NCBI GenBank assembly: GCA_963807005.1
Contig: CAWDZK010000005.1
Span: 124,806 to 188,805, forward strand
Direction: 5' to 3'
DNA: 64,000 nucleotides
Source: an uncultured Actinomycetota bacterium
GTDB taxonomy: Bacteria > Actinomycetota > Actinomycetes > JACCUZ01
Part shown: positions 46,929 through 56,545 of the stretch, one piece after another
How positions within the stretch are numbered: the stretch's first letter is position 1
Layout of the letters: each line of letters begins with the position of its first letter
Position numbers and translations under genes: made by a program
Notes under the pieces: model-generated
What the model was told of the DNA's origin: nothing
Seen by the model: only the letters and a program-made list of their open reading frames with translations
Databases searched by the model: none

Positions 46929-48218
46929 GTGAAGATCGCCGTCGTCGCCCTCGGGAAGATCGGCCTCCCACTCGCGGTGCACTTCGCAGCGGGCGGCCAC
47001 GACGTGGTCGGCGCCGACGCGAACTCCGCCGTGGTCGACCTGGTCAACGAGGGCCAGGAGCCGTTCCCGGGAGAGCACGGGCTGCAGGAGGCGCTGACCG
47101 CGGCCGTCGGTGAAGGTCGTCTCCGCGCGACCACCGACACCGCTGCTGCGGTCAGTGAGTCCGAGGCGGTCGTTGTCGTGGTGCCTCTGGTCGTCGACGC
47201 GGAGGGCCAGCCCGACTTCACGCTGATGGACTCGGCCACCCGGGACATCTCCCGTGGGCTGCAGCGAGGCACGCTGGTGTCGTACGAGACGACGTTGCCG
47301 GTCGGCACGACGCGCGACCGGCTCGCGCCCACTCTCGCCGAGGGGTCGGGGCTCGAGCCCGGCCGCGACTTCCACCTCGTCTTCAGCCCCGAGCGGGTGC
47401 TGACCGGCCGGGTTTTCGCCGACCTACGCCGCTATCCGAAGCTCGTCGGCGGCGTCGACGACGAGAGCGGTAAGCGTGGCGTGACGTTCTACGAGACGGT
47501 GCTCGACTTCGACGACCGGTCGGACCTGTCGCGGCCCAACGGCGTCTGGGACCTTGGCACCGCGGAGGCGGCCGAGCTGGCGAAGCTCGCGGAAACCACC
47601 TTTCGCGACGTGAACATCGGGCTCGCCAACCAGTTCGCCCGTTTCGCCGAGAAGGCCGGCGTCGACGTCTACCAGGTGATCGAGGCCTGCAACTCGCAGC
47701 CGTACAGCCACATCCACCCACCGGGTGTGGCCGTCGGCGGGCACTGCATCCCGGTGTACCCGCGCCTGTACTTGTGCAACGATCCCGAGGCCACCATCGT
47801 GCAGGCCGCCCGTGAGGCCAACGCCGCGATGCCGGAGCACGCGGTCGACCTGCTCGCAGACGCCTACGGAGATCTCGCCGGCGCTCGGGTCGTCGTGCTC
47901 GGAGCCACCTACCGCGGCGCCGTCAAGGAGACCGCGTTCTCGGGCGTCTTCCCGCTGGTGACGGACCTGCGCGACCGGGGAGCCGTACCGGTCGTGCACG
48001 ACCCGATGCTTTCCGACGAGGAGCTAGCGGCTCTCGGCCTGGACGCCTACCACCTCGGCGACTCGGTGGACGCGGCGATCCTGCACACCGACCACGCGGA
48101 CTACCGGACTCTCTCGGCCCACGAGCTGCCCGGCGTGCGCGTGCTTGTCGACGGCCGGCGGGTGACCGACCCAGCGCGGTGGACCGGGGTTCACCGACGG
48201 GTCATCGGTCAGGCCTGA
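46929..48218 (+). CDS. Nucleotide-sugar 6-dehydrogenase (WbpA/WecC-like)
   Basis: 'LGKIGLP', 'FSPERV', 'KLAETTFRDVNIG', catalytic 'GGHCIP'. Confidence 0.92.
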   Translation: MKIAVVALGKIGLPLAVHFAAGGHDVVGADANSAVVDLVNEGQEPFPGEHGLQEALTAAVGEGRLRATTDTAAAVSESEAVVVVVPLVVDAEGQPDFTLMDSATRDISRGLQRGTLVSYETTLPVGTTRDRLAPTLAEGSGLEPGRDFHLVFSPERVLTGRVFADLRRYPKLVGGVDDESGKRGVTFYETVLDFDDRSDLSRPNGVWDLGTAEAAELAKLAETTFRDVNIGLANQFARFAEKAGVDVYQVIEACNSQPYSHIHPPGVAVGGHCIPVYPRLYLCNDPEATIVQAAREANAAMPEHAVDLLADAYGDLAGARVVVLGATYRGAVKETAFSGVFPLVTDLRDRGAVPVVHDPMLSDEELAALGLDAYHLGDSVDAAILHTDHADYRTLSAHELPGVRVLVDGRRVTDPARWTGVHRRVIGQA

Positions 48219-48592
48219 TCCTCGCGCGGGTCAGTCTCGCGACCGGGAGTCGGGGCAGACCGCATCTCGTGGCCCGCCTCGTCGAGGGCCAGCTGCCGAG
48301 CCAGCACCGTGAGCTGGCGCTCCACGTCCCGGAACCTCAGGTAGAAGCCGACAACCACGTACAGGAAGACGGCCGTCAGCAGGTACAGCAGCAGGTCGGT
48401 ACCACGCCCCACACCCACGACATTGGCCGCCCTCTGGGTCAGCTCCGGGCGCAGGATCGATGCCACCGCGACGGCGGTCAGCGCGATGAGGATGAGCTTC
48501 TTCCAGGCCCGGGTTCGGGCCGACGTACGGCTGCGCAGCAGCACGACGAGCAGGCCGAGGGCGGCGACGATGAGGAAGATCTGAATGAGCAC
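48209..48592 (-). CDS. DUF2304 family small membrane protein (GacJ/WpsB-like)
   Basis: Three TM segments, 'VGVGRGTDLLLY', C-terminal 'ERQLTVLARQLAL'. Confidence 0.88.
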   Translation of the reverse strand: MLIQIFLIVAALGLLVVLLRSRTSARTRAWKKLILIALTAVAVASILRPELTQRAANVVGVGRGTDLLLYLLTAVFLYVVVGFYLRFRDVERQLTVLARQLALDEAGHEMRSAPTPGRETDPREDQA

Positions 48593-48594
48593 GG

Positions 48595-49275
48595 CTACCT
48601 GAAGATGATGTCGAAGATGATGTTGATGGCATTGAGAAGCGGCTGACCCTTGCCGCGCGAGTAGTCGGTGTAGCGGATGTGCACTGGCACCTCGGCGTAG
48701 CGGAACCGCTCCCTGGCGACGATCGCGAGCAGCTCGGAGGCGTGGGCCATTCCGTTCATCGTCAGGTCCAGCGACTCCGCGACCTCGCGGGTGAACGCCC
48801 GCAGGCCGTTGTGCGTGTCGCTGACGCTGAGACCGGTGCTCACCCGCGTGTAGCGGACGGCGGCGTTGAGGACGGCGCGCTTGGCAACGCCGAGCTGGGT
48901 GCGGGTGTCGAGGAAGCGGGACCCGAAAACGATCTGGGCGTCGCCACGGTCGAGGATCTTCAGCATCTGGTCGACATCGTCGATGTCGTGCTGCCCATCG
49001 GCGTCGAACGTCACGAAGTAGCAGGCGCTGGTGAATCGCAGACCGTACTCGATGCCCGTGCGCAGCGCCGCGCCCTGCCCGAGGTTGAACGGGTGCCGTA
49101 CCAGCACGGCGCCCGTGCCTTCCAGTTCCTCCGCGGACCGGTCGCTGCTCGCGTCGTCGATGCAGACGACGTTGGTGTACCGCTCGAGGACGCTCCCGAC
49201 CACCTCCCGGACGACGGGGGCCTCGTTGTAGACGGGGATGACGATGCACACGTCGTCACCCGGTCTCCCCGCCAC
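48595..49275 (-). CDS. GT2 polyprenol-phosphate glycosyltransferase (DPM1/GacI/WpsA-like)
   Basis: 'IPVYNE', 'DDASSD', 'NLGQGAALRTG', 'FDADGQH', 'GSRF', 'DTHNGLRAF'. RBS AAGGAG. Confidence 0.9.
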   Translation of the reverse strand: MAGRPGDDVCIVIPVYNEAPVVREVVGSVLERYTNVVCIDDASSDRSAEELEGTGAVLVRHPFNLGQGAALRTGIEYGLRFTSACYFVTFDADGQHDIDDVDQMLKILDRGDAQIVFGSRFLDTRTQLGVAKRAVLNAAVRYTRVSTGLSVSDTHNGLRAFTREVAESLDLTMNGMAHASELLAIVARERFRYAEVPVHIRYTDYSRGKGQPLLNAINIIFDIIFR

Positions 49276-49471
49276 CCAGCATCTCCTTCGCCCATGCGGA
49301 GTCGTCGCGCTCTACGCCTCGGTCGCGGTCGCCGGTCAGGCTACACCGCTGGCCGGGTAAGGTCGTCCGGGCCGCTCGCGCGGCTGAGGCGGTCCCACCG
49401 CCTCCTGCTGCGCGTGGGCCACCCGCCCGCAGCGATGCGCCCGAGACACCCGAGAGAAGCCACCGTCACCC

Positions 49472-51688
49472 ATGTTCGACCAGGGAGAACCGATCGTCCT
49501 CGTGCCTGTGACCGTCGCCATCCTGGCGGGGCTACTTGGCATCGGCGTAGGGGGCGGCCGCTTCACCTGGCGCCAGGCCGCGTGGGGGATGGTCGCGGGC
49601 TACGTCGGGGGAGCCCTCGCCGCCGTCGGCCTGGTCGGCGAGTACCTGGCCTCGGGGAGAACGGCGGCGGCGGCCATCGCGGGCGTCGGCGGACTGATCG
49701 CCGGTGCGGTCACTGGAGCTGTCCTTCGAGGCCCGGCCGAAGCGCGATCAGGCCCCGAGCTGAGACGCGGCAATGCAACTCACGGAGCCGGCCACCCCCG
49801 AGACGTCGTTGACGCACCGGCCGGCCGTCTGGAGCCACCGGCCACCCCAAGGTCGCACGACCCGAGATACCGCGGTGGTGCGCTGGCAGGGATTGCCGCC
49901 CTCGCAATCGTGGCGGCCGCTCTCGGCGGCGCGCTCCTCGCAGTCGCCAGCCTACTGCTGCTCGCGACCGTGGCCCTGGCCAGGCGTGGCTGGGGCTTGA
50001 GTGCGGGGTTCTTCACGGCTACCGCGACCCTCGGCGCCGTGCTGGTGGTGCTGGGCAAGCTGGTGCTCTCGGACCGGGGCTGGGTGGGGGAGCCGGTCGC
50101 CGTGGTCGTAGTCGCGCTGCTCACACTTCTGCCGCTCATGTGGCGGCTGACCGAGCGCGAGACCTGGCTCCGCGCGGCCCGGAAGGCCAGCCTCGTCGAT
50201 GCCGCCGCCGTGGCCGTCGCCGTCCTCGTCGCCCGCGGCTGGCTGTCGCTCTTCGACGGTCTCGGGAACAGCGAGATCATCTCGCAGCTTCAGCGCCTGG
50301 GCGAGGACAACGCCGGCCACATGATGATGCTGATGTCCACCACGGCGTCCGGGACCGCGCTCGGGACCAGTGCGCGGTCGGTGGAGATCAACAGCGGCTT
50401 CACCGGCTACTTCCCCGGTGGTTCACTGCTCCAGGCGTCGATCGGCGGACTGCTGCCAGCCATGTCGACGCCGCGACTTTATGTCGTGTCGACTGCCTTC
50501 CTCATGGCGCTGCTCGCCGGTGGCGCGTCTGCCGTTGCCAGCCTCGCTCGGACCAGGCTCGACGGCTTCTCGGCGCTCGCCGTACTGGTCCTCGGCTCAC
50601 TCGGGGCCAGGGCCACGCTGGCCATGTTCGAGATCGGGTTCCCTGGCCAGCTCGCGACCGCCTGTTGGGTGGTCGCCGGTCTCACAGTGCTGCTGGCGGA
50701 AGGCCGGCGCGGGGGTCGGCCGGTATGGGCCGCGGGAACCCTGGTCGTCCTTGCGGTGGCGACGTATTGGAGCTGGAGCCTGGCCGCGCCGGTCCTGATG
50801 GTGCCCGTCGGGGTCCTGGCGTTGCAGGGGCTGCGCCACCGCATACGGCCGACGGCGCGCACCGAGTTGTCGGTCGTCTTCGTCGGGGCAATCGTGACCC
50901 TCCTCGCTCTGTACGTCGCCCGGCACCGGATCATCGCCACCCTGGACACGCTGAGCCAGGAGGGTGCGGTCTTCCGCGCCATCCCGTTCTGGTTCGCCAT
51001 CGGCCTCGGTCTCGGTCTGCCACTCGCCTACCGGGTTCGCGGTCGCCGTGAGCCGGCTGCCGGCGTGAGCCTGGTCTGGGGGATGGCCGCTGCTCTCGTC
51101 CTCTTGACCTCCTGGCAGATGTACCGGACCGGCGTGATTACGTACTACAGCTACAAGATCGAATACCTGATGTTCGTCCTGGGCTGGGCGGCGACGGCGC
51201 TCGCGCTGGCCGTCGTGGTCGGTCAGGTGGAACGCCGCTGGGCGATCCCGGTGCGCGCCGTGGCCGTCGTCGCGGCGCTTGCAGTAGCACCGCTCATGAT
51301 GCAGTGGCCCCAGCACAGCTACCGCGACTGGCTCACCGCACGCGCGGTGATCGGGGCGGACTCGGTCATGTCCTGTGCGATCACGCAAGCGCACCGTGAG
51401 GCGGGTTCAATCGTGATCGCCACTGGCTTCGGCGAGAAGCTCTCCAACTACCTCACGACCCGCGCGATGGATGTCGGGGCACGTAACAACGCGTCCAAGC
51501 CTTTCTGGACACCGATCCTGTACGACGCGCCCACGACCTGGCCCTGGAGCGCGGCGACTCGACCAGTCGTCATCGTCGAGGGCCCGTCCGCCAGTGACGC
51601 CGAGACAACAGCAATCGTCGCAGCCGGTCAGGCACAGGATGTCCCGGTCACGGTTGCGCCGCACCGGTGCGTCGAGGCTGCCGGCTGA
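49472..51688 (+). CDS. Large polytopic membrane protein, possible GT-C glycosyltransferase or ligase
   Basis: Many hydrophobic segments. Loop 'LGEDNAGH' resembles a GT-C D-x-x-x-H motif. 'YYSYKIEY' near the last TMs. Family not recognised. Confidence 0.6.
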   Translation: MFDQGEPIVLVPVTVAILAGLLGIGVGGGRFTWRQAAWGMVAGYVGGALAAVGLVGEYLASGRTAAAAIAGVGGLIAGAVTGAVLRGPAEARSGPELRRGNATHGAGHPRDVVDAPAGRLEPPATPRSHDPRYRGGALAGIAALAIVAAALGGALLAVASLLLLATVALARRGWGLSAGFFTATATLGAVLVVLGKLVLSDRGWVGEPVAVVVVALLTLLPLMWRLTERETWLRAARKASLVDAAAVAVAVLVARGWLSLFDGLGNSEIISQLQRLGEDNAGHMMMLMSTTASGTALGTSARSVEINSGFTGYFPGGSLLQASIGGLLPAMSTPRLYVVSTAFLMALLAGGASAVASLARTRLDGFSALAVLVLGSLGARATLAMFEIGFPGQLATACWVVAGLTVLLAEGRRGGRPVWAAGTLVVLAVATYWSWSLAAPVLMVPVGVLALQGLRHRIRPTARTELSVVFVGAIVTLLALYVARHRIIATLDTLSQEGAVFRAIPFWFAIGLGLGLPLAYRVRGRREPAAGVSLVWGMAAALVLLTSWQMYRTGVITYYSYKIEYLMFVLGWAATALALAVVVGQVERRWAIPVRAVAVVAALAVAPLMMQWPQHSYRDWLTARAVIGADSVMSCAITQAHREAGSIVIATGFGEKLSNYLTTRAMDVGARNNASKPFWTPILYDAPTTWPWSAATRPVVIVEGPSASDAETTAIVAAGQAQDVPVTVAPHRCVEAAG

Positions 51689-51750
51689 CCTCGGCACCAC
51701 CGCTCCGCGCCCCTCCTGAGTCGACCGTCGAGGGGACGCGGGCAACCCGC

Positions 51751-52977
51751 CTAGCGGGTCGCCGATACGTCGAACCCGTCTGGCAACGACACCAGTCCGC
51801 CTCGCGCGATGCCGTGCCCTTGCCGGACGACCAGGTCCAGCGCGTTGGTCCAGGCGTCGAAGGCCACAGTTCCGGAGCGGTCCAGGACCGACACGTCCAC
51901 CTGGTAGGTGCCCGGGTTGAGCCGGCACGGCTCCTGCACGTAGTCGACCCGCCCGGACCCGTCGACCACCGGGATCTGGTCGCCGGTCACCCGGCTGCTC
52001 ACGACGCTGACCACCGGCCCCGACTCATGGCGGAACGCGACCGCGAACACCGGGTCCTCCAACCGATCCTGCGCCTGGTACGCGAGCCGGATCCGGAGCG
52101 GTTCGCCGCTCACGCAGGACGTGGCGGGTGCCCCGTCAGCACCGAGGATCTCCACGGACGAGAGACGGATCTGTCCGGTACCGGACCGGTGCTGGTCGAG
52201 CGCCTGGACCTGCTGCGCCGGCCCCCCCGTCTCGACGGCGTTCACCGACGCCAGGTAGTCGTCGACCACCCGGCTAGCACTCCCCCGGCCCCGCAGCGCG
52301 CCATGGTCGAGCCAGGCGACTTCGTCGCAGAGCGAGGCCATCAGCGTCGTGGCGTGGCTGACGATGATGATGGTGCGGCCGGCCCTGCGCAGCTTGTAGA
52401 GGTGGTCGAAGCACTTCCGCTGGAAGTCCTCGTCCCCGACGGCGATGACCTCGTCGACGAGCAGGACGTCGGGGTTCATGTGTACCGCGACCGAGAAGCC
52501 GAGCCGGACGTACATCCCGCTGGAGAAGTTCTTCACCGGCTCGTCGATGAAGTCGCCGAGGCCGCTGAACTCGACGATCTCGTCGGCCGCCGTCTCGATC
52601 TCACGCCGCGTCAGGCCGAGGATCGACCCGTTCAGCCGGATGTTCTCGCGCCCGGTCAGCTCGGGGTGGAACCCCGCGCCCAGCTCGATCAGGGCTGCCA
52701 GCCGGCCGCTGACCGCCACCGAACCTTCGCTTGCGCGGTAGATGCCGGCCATCACCTTGAGCAGGGTCGACTTGCCTGAGCCGTTGTGGCCGATCAGGCC
52801 GTAGACCGTCCCCTGCGGCACCGTCAACGACACGTCACGCAGTGCCCAGAAGTCCTCTACCTGCTTGGCCCGGCCCCGCACCAGGAGCTCCTTCAGCGTG
52901 CCGCGCCGGTCGGCGTGGCGGCGGAACCGCTTGCCGACCGCGGAGACCTCGACGGCGGCCGGGACCAGCGAGGTCAC
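51751..52977 (-). CDS. wzt: Polysaccharide ABC exporter ATPase with C-terminal Wzt_C-like domain
   Basis: Walker A 'GHNGSGKST', 'GAGFHPELTGREN', signature 'FSSGM', 'LLVDE', ~150-aa beta-rich C-terminal extension. Confidence 0.93.
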   Translation of the reverse strand: MTSLVPAAVEVSAVGKRFRRHADRRGTLKELLVRGRAKQVEDFWALRDVSLTVPQGTVYGLIGHNGSGKSTLLKVMAGIYRASEGSVAVSGRLAALIELGAGFHPELTGRENIRLNGSILGLTRREIETAADEIVEFSGLGDFIDEPVKNFSSGMYVRLGFSVAVHMNPDVLLVDEVIAVGDEDFQRKCFDHLYKLRRAGRTIIIVSHATTLMASLCDEVAWLDHGALRGRGSASRVVDDYLASVNAVETGGPAQQVQALDQHRSGTGQIRLSSVEILGADGAPATSCVSGEPLRIRLAYQAQDRLEDPVFAVAFRHESGPVVSVVSSRVTGDQIPVVDGSGRVDYVQEPCRLNPGTYQVDVSVLDRSGTVAFDAWTNALDLVVRQGHGIARGGLVSLPDGFDVSATR

Positions 52978-53828
52978 AGCAGCTCCCCGACGTCCTCGGT
53001 GGTGCGGTCGAAGATCCAGAGACCGAACGTGAACACCGTGGCCCCCAGCGCCAGCAGGCCACCTACCGCGAGCACGCTCGGACCGTGCAGCTCGTACAGG
53101 CTTGCGTGCAGCGCCTGGACGAACAACGAGACCGGGTGCAGGTCGATGAAGGTCCGCAACAGCGGTGCACCGTCCGGTACGGCGGACACCGGGTACAGCA
53201 CCGGCGTCAGGAAGTAGAGGGCACCCAGGATCACAGTGACGATGTACTGCACGTCGCCGTAGCGCGCGTTGGCCGTGGAGAGCATCAGCCCCACGCCCTC
53301 GGCGAACAGTGCCAGCGAGAGGAGGAGGACCGGCGCCCACAGCCAGGTCCAGCCCACGTTGCCGATCACGAGGAACCAGACCAGCAGGACCAGCGTCTCG
53401 AGCCCCACCTGGATCAGCTGCACCAGCGCCGAGCCCAGGACCGGAGCCCAGGGTGGGAAGGCCACCTTGCGCAGGAGCGCGCCGCTCTCACGCAACGAGG
53501 CCATGCTCAGGTTGAGCAGGCCCGCGAAGATGTTCCAGGCGATCAGACCGGTGAACAGGTACAGCACGTAGCTGCTGCCCTCGCCGTTGCCGAGCTCGGG
53601 TGCGGGTGCCTTGAACACGATGGAGAACACCGTCGCGAACACCGCCAGGTTGGCCAGCGGCTGGATCAGCGACCAGGTCCAGCCCACCGCGCTGGTGCGG
53701 TAGCGGGTCCGGAAGTCGCGCTGGGCGAAGGCCCACACCAGGCCGCGCTTGGCGACGAGCTCGGACCAGAGCCTCGGCGACGCGGGCCGGGGGGCCCGCG
53801 ACGGCCGCCGGCCCAGCTCCGTCACCAC
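52974..53828 (-). CDS. wzm: Polysaccharide ABC exporter permease
   Basis: 'RDFRTRYRTSAVGWTWSLIQP', 'RYGDVQY', 'YFLTPVLYP'. Candidate -10 TATCGT at 53836-53841. Confidence 0.93.
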   Translation of the reverse strand: MVTELGRRPSRAPRPASPRLWSELVAKRGLVWAFAQRDFRTRYRTSAVGWTWSLIQPLANLAVFATVFSIVFKAPAPELGNGEGSSYVLYLFTGLIAWNIFAGLLNLSMASLRESGALLRKVAFPPWAPVLGSALVQLIQVGLETLVLLVWFLVIGNVGWTWLWAPVLLLSLALFAEGVGLMLSTANARYGDVQYIVTVILGALYFLTPVLYPVSAVPDGAPLLRTFIDLHPVSLFVQALHASLYELHGPSVLAVGGLLALGATVFTFGLWIFDRTTEDVGELL

Positions 53829-53888
53829 GGCGGCCACGATACGCGAGGCAGGGTCCACCTCCGGACCGCGGTGCGCAAGACTCTGCGG

Positions 53889-55367
53889 GTGCCCGATCCC
53901 GACCCGACCTCCGCGCCGAGCCAGGTCCCCTGGCCCGAGGTACAGGCGGTCGTGGGCACGGCGAGCGTGCTCGTGCTCACCGCCGCGGACGAGGCCTCCG
54001 ACGTGCTCGCCGGCGCCCCGCGCGAGTGGCTCGGCGTCGACGACGGGCGGGCCGAGGCCATCGTTGCGATAGACCCCCTCGACGGTCAGGCCGTCGCTGC
54101 CGCGGCCGCGGCGGCCGGTGACCGGCCGCTGGTGCTTGTTACCCCGAACCTCGGGCGCCCGTCATACGTCCGGGCCCTGCTCGTCGGCGGGGGTGACACG
54201 CTGCCCGGTCGTGGCCGGCTCGGGGCCGTGGCGCTCGACCGGCTGCTGGCCCAGGCGGGCCGTCGCCCGCTGCCGGTCGACCCCATCCAGCCCGCCCCCA
54301 CCGGGCGCCCGCTGGACGACCTGCTCGGCGAGGTCGCCGCGGGCGCGGGCGGCGACGACCGGCCGTGGCGGGTGCGGCGCTACGACGTCGCGGTAGCCGA
54401 GCCGGGGCCGGGTGGACGCTCGCCATTCCTGTCCGTGCTGGTGCGCACCCAGGGCCGCCGCCCGGAGGCGCTGGCCGACGTGCTCCTGTGCCTGAGCGCC
54501 CAGACCTGCGACGACGTCGAGGTGCTCGTTCTCGCGCACGACGTCGAGGGCGAGGCACGGGCGACCCTCGACGCGCAGGTCGCCGCGCTGCCGGACGCGA
54601 TGCGGCCCCTCGTCCGAGTGGTGCCGGTGTGGGGCGGCGGCCGGTCCCGGCCGCTGCGGGTGGGGACCCTGGCCGCACGGGGCGCGTACGTCGCCGTGCT
54701 GGACGACGACGACCTGGTCGCGGCGCACTGGGTCGAGACCTTCGAGCGCGGCGCGCAGGTCGCGCCGGGACAGGTACAGCGCGCCGTGGCGGTCGAGCAG
54801 GACGTCGAGCCGATCGACGCACCCCCCGGTCACCGCGCCGCCTCCTGGCCCCAGGCTCGGTGGGACGCCGAGTTCTCGCTGCTCTCGCACCTCGTCGACA
54901 ACCACTCCCCCATCCACTCCTACGCTTGCCCCCGCGAGGTGTTCCACGAGCTGGGGCTTCGCTTCGACGAGTCCCTGCCCGTGCTCGAGGACTGGGACCT
55001 GCTGGTGCGCGCCGCCTCCCTGGTCGGCGTGCACGACACGGGCGAGGTCACCGCGACCTACCTCCGGTGGCCGGCCCGCACCTCCTCGTTCGCCGAGCTG
55101 TCGGAGGACCGCTGGCCGGAGACGGCCTGGCGGATCGTCGAGAAGTGGGACCGGTCGCCGTTGCTGCTGCCGGCCGGGTCGGCGCTCCGGCTCCGCCGGG
55201 AGGGGATCGCCACGCTCCGAAACCGTCCCCTGCGGGAGCGAGTGCGTGGCCGCGTGGACCGCGAGCGGGACCGGTGGGCTCCGCGGCTGATGAGGACGCC
55301 GTTCTTCCCGGCGCTGCGGTGGGTCTACCGGCGCCTGGTAGCAACCAGACCTGACCGGCAGCAGTGA
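53889..55367 (+). CDS. GT2 glycosyltransferase with a degenerate N-terminal methyltransferase-like region
   Basis: 'FLSVLVRTQGRR', 'LDDDD', 'EDWDLL'. N-terminal part aligns by eye with the methyltransferase-GT2 gene at 56496-58214. Confidence 0.85.
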   Translation: MPDPDPTSAPSQVPWPEVQAVVGTASVLVLTAADEASDVLAGAPREWLGVDDGRAEAIVAIDPLDGQAVAAAAAAAGDRPLVLVTPNLGRPSYVRALLVGGGDTLPGRGRLGAVALDRLLAQAGRRPLPVDPIQPAPTGRPLDDLLGEVAAGAGGDDRPWRVRRYDVAVAEPGPGGRSPFLSVLVRTQGRRPEALADVLLCLSAQTCDDVEVLVLAHDVEGEARATLDAQVAALPDAMRPLVRVVPVWGGGRSRPLRVGTLAARGAYVAVLDDDDLVAAHWVETFERGAQVAPGQVQRAVAVEQDVEPIDAPPGHRAASWPQARWDAEFSLLSHLVDNHSPIHSYACPREVFHELGLRFDESLPVLEDWDLLVRAASLVGVHDTGEVTATYLRWPARTSSFAELSEDRWPETAWRIVEKWDRSPLLLPAGSALRLRREGIATLRNRPLRERVRGRVDRERDRWAPRLMRTPFFPALRWVYRRLVATRPDRQQ

Positions 55368-56545
55368 CTGCCCGCGCGACGGTCGTGGTCGTGACCTGGC
55401 AGGGGCAGCACCTGCTGGGGCCGTGCCTGGACGCGTTGGCTGCGCAGACACTGGGGCCGGAGGAGGTCGACGTGGTCGTGGTGGACAACGCCAGCACCGA
55501 CGGCACGGCGGAACTGCTCGCGAGTTACCGGGACGTGCGGGTCGTCACCGCACCGCGCAACCTCGGGTTCGCCGGGGGCGCGACCCTCGGCCTGGCCGAC
55601 GTCAGCACGCCGTACGCCGTCATGCTCAACAACGATGCGGCGCCGGACCCGGACTGGCTGGAGCGACTGCTGGCTGGATTCTCGGACGACGTGGCCGCGG
55701 TCACGTCGAAGGTGGTGCTCGAGCCCCGATATGTGCTGCTCGACGTGGCCGCCGATCCGCACGACATCAACCGGGTGACGGCAGCCGGCTCCGACGTCAC
55801 CACCGCGGTCGTGGCCCGCCGCACGCCGAGGGGCACCGAGCTCGCCGTGCCCGCGCCCGACGACCGTGAGGTGGTGGTGGTCGTCGAGGGCTCGGGCCGC
55901 ACGGAGCTGCTGCGCACCGCCGTCGCGGCAACCGCGCCCCGCGTCGACGTCCTGAACAGCACCGGCGGAGTCCTCACTCCGACCGGGCACGGGGCCGACC
56001 GTGGCTACCTCGAGGTCGACCGCGGCCAGTACGACGACCAGCCGGACGTGTTCGCGGTGTGTGGAGCGGCAGCCGCCTTCCGCACCGACGTCGCGGCAGC
56101 CGCCGGCTGGTTCGACCCCTGGCTGTTCGCCTACTACGAGGACCTCGACCTGAGCTGGCGGCTACGGCGCGCCGGCTGGCAGGTGCGATACGAGCCGGAC
56201 GCCCGGGTGCGGCACCGACACGCAGCCACCAGCCGGGTCGGGTCCGACCTGTTCCTGTTCCACAACCGGCGGAACCGGTTGGCGGTGCTGGCACGCAACG
56301 CGTCGTTGCCCCAGCTGGGCAGGGTGCTCGCGGCGAGCCGCAGGCCTCGGCCGACGCCTACTGCCGACCTGTTGCGCGCGACCGACGCGCGTCCGGCCGG
56401 TCCGGCAGCACGGGGCAAGGTCTCGGCGCTCGCGTCCTTCGCAGCTCGGCTGCCGCGCCTACTCCTGACCCGCACGACGCGCGGCATGCCACGGCCTAAG
56501 CCTTCGGGCGACGCAGGTTCATCGCCGCTCGCAGTGGAGCGGTGA
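55364..56545 (+). CDS. GT2 glycosyltransferase (rhamnosyltransferase-like)
   Basis: 'VVVTW', 'VDNASTDG', 'NLGFAGG', 'LNNDA', 'FAYYEDLDLSWR'. Confidence 0.88.
   Translation: MTARATVVVVTWQGQHLLGPCLDALAAQTLGPEEVDVVVVDNASTDGTAELLASYRDVRVVTAPRNLGFAGGATLGLADVSTPYAVMLNNDAAPDPDWLERLLAGFSDDVAAVTSKVVLEPRYVLLDVAADPHDINRVTAAGSDVTTAVVARRTPRGTELAVPAPDDREVVVVVEGSGRTELLRTAVAATAPRVDVLNSTGGVLTPTGHGADRGYLEVDRGQYDDQPDVFAVCGAAAAFRTDVAAAAGWFDPWLFAYYEDLDLSWRLRRAGWQVRYEPDARVRHRHAATSRVGSDLFLFHNRRNRLAVLARNASLPQLGRVLAASRRPRPTPTADLLRATDARPAGPAARGKVSALASFAARLPRLLLTRTTRGMPRPKPSGDAGSSPLAVER

Noticed and set aside
51689-51750. Possible terminator between the membrane protein and wzt
   Set aside because: Only short, imperfect GC stems that are expected by chance.
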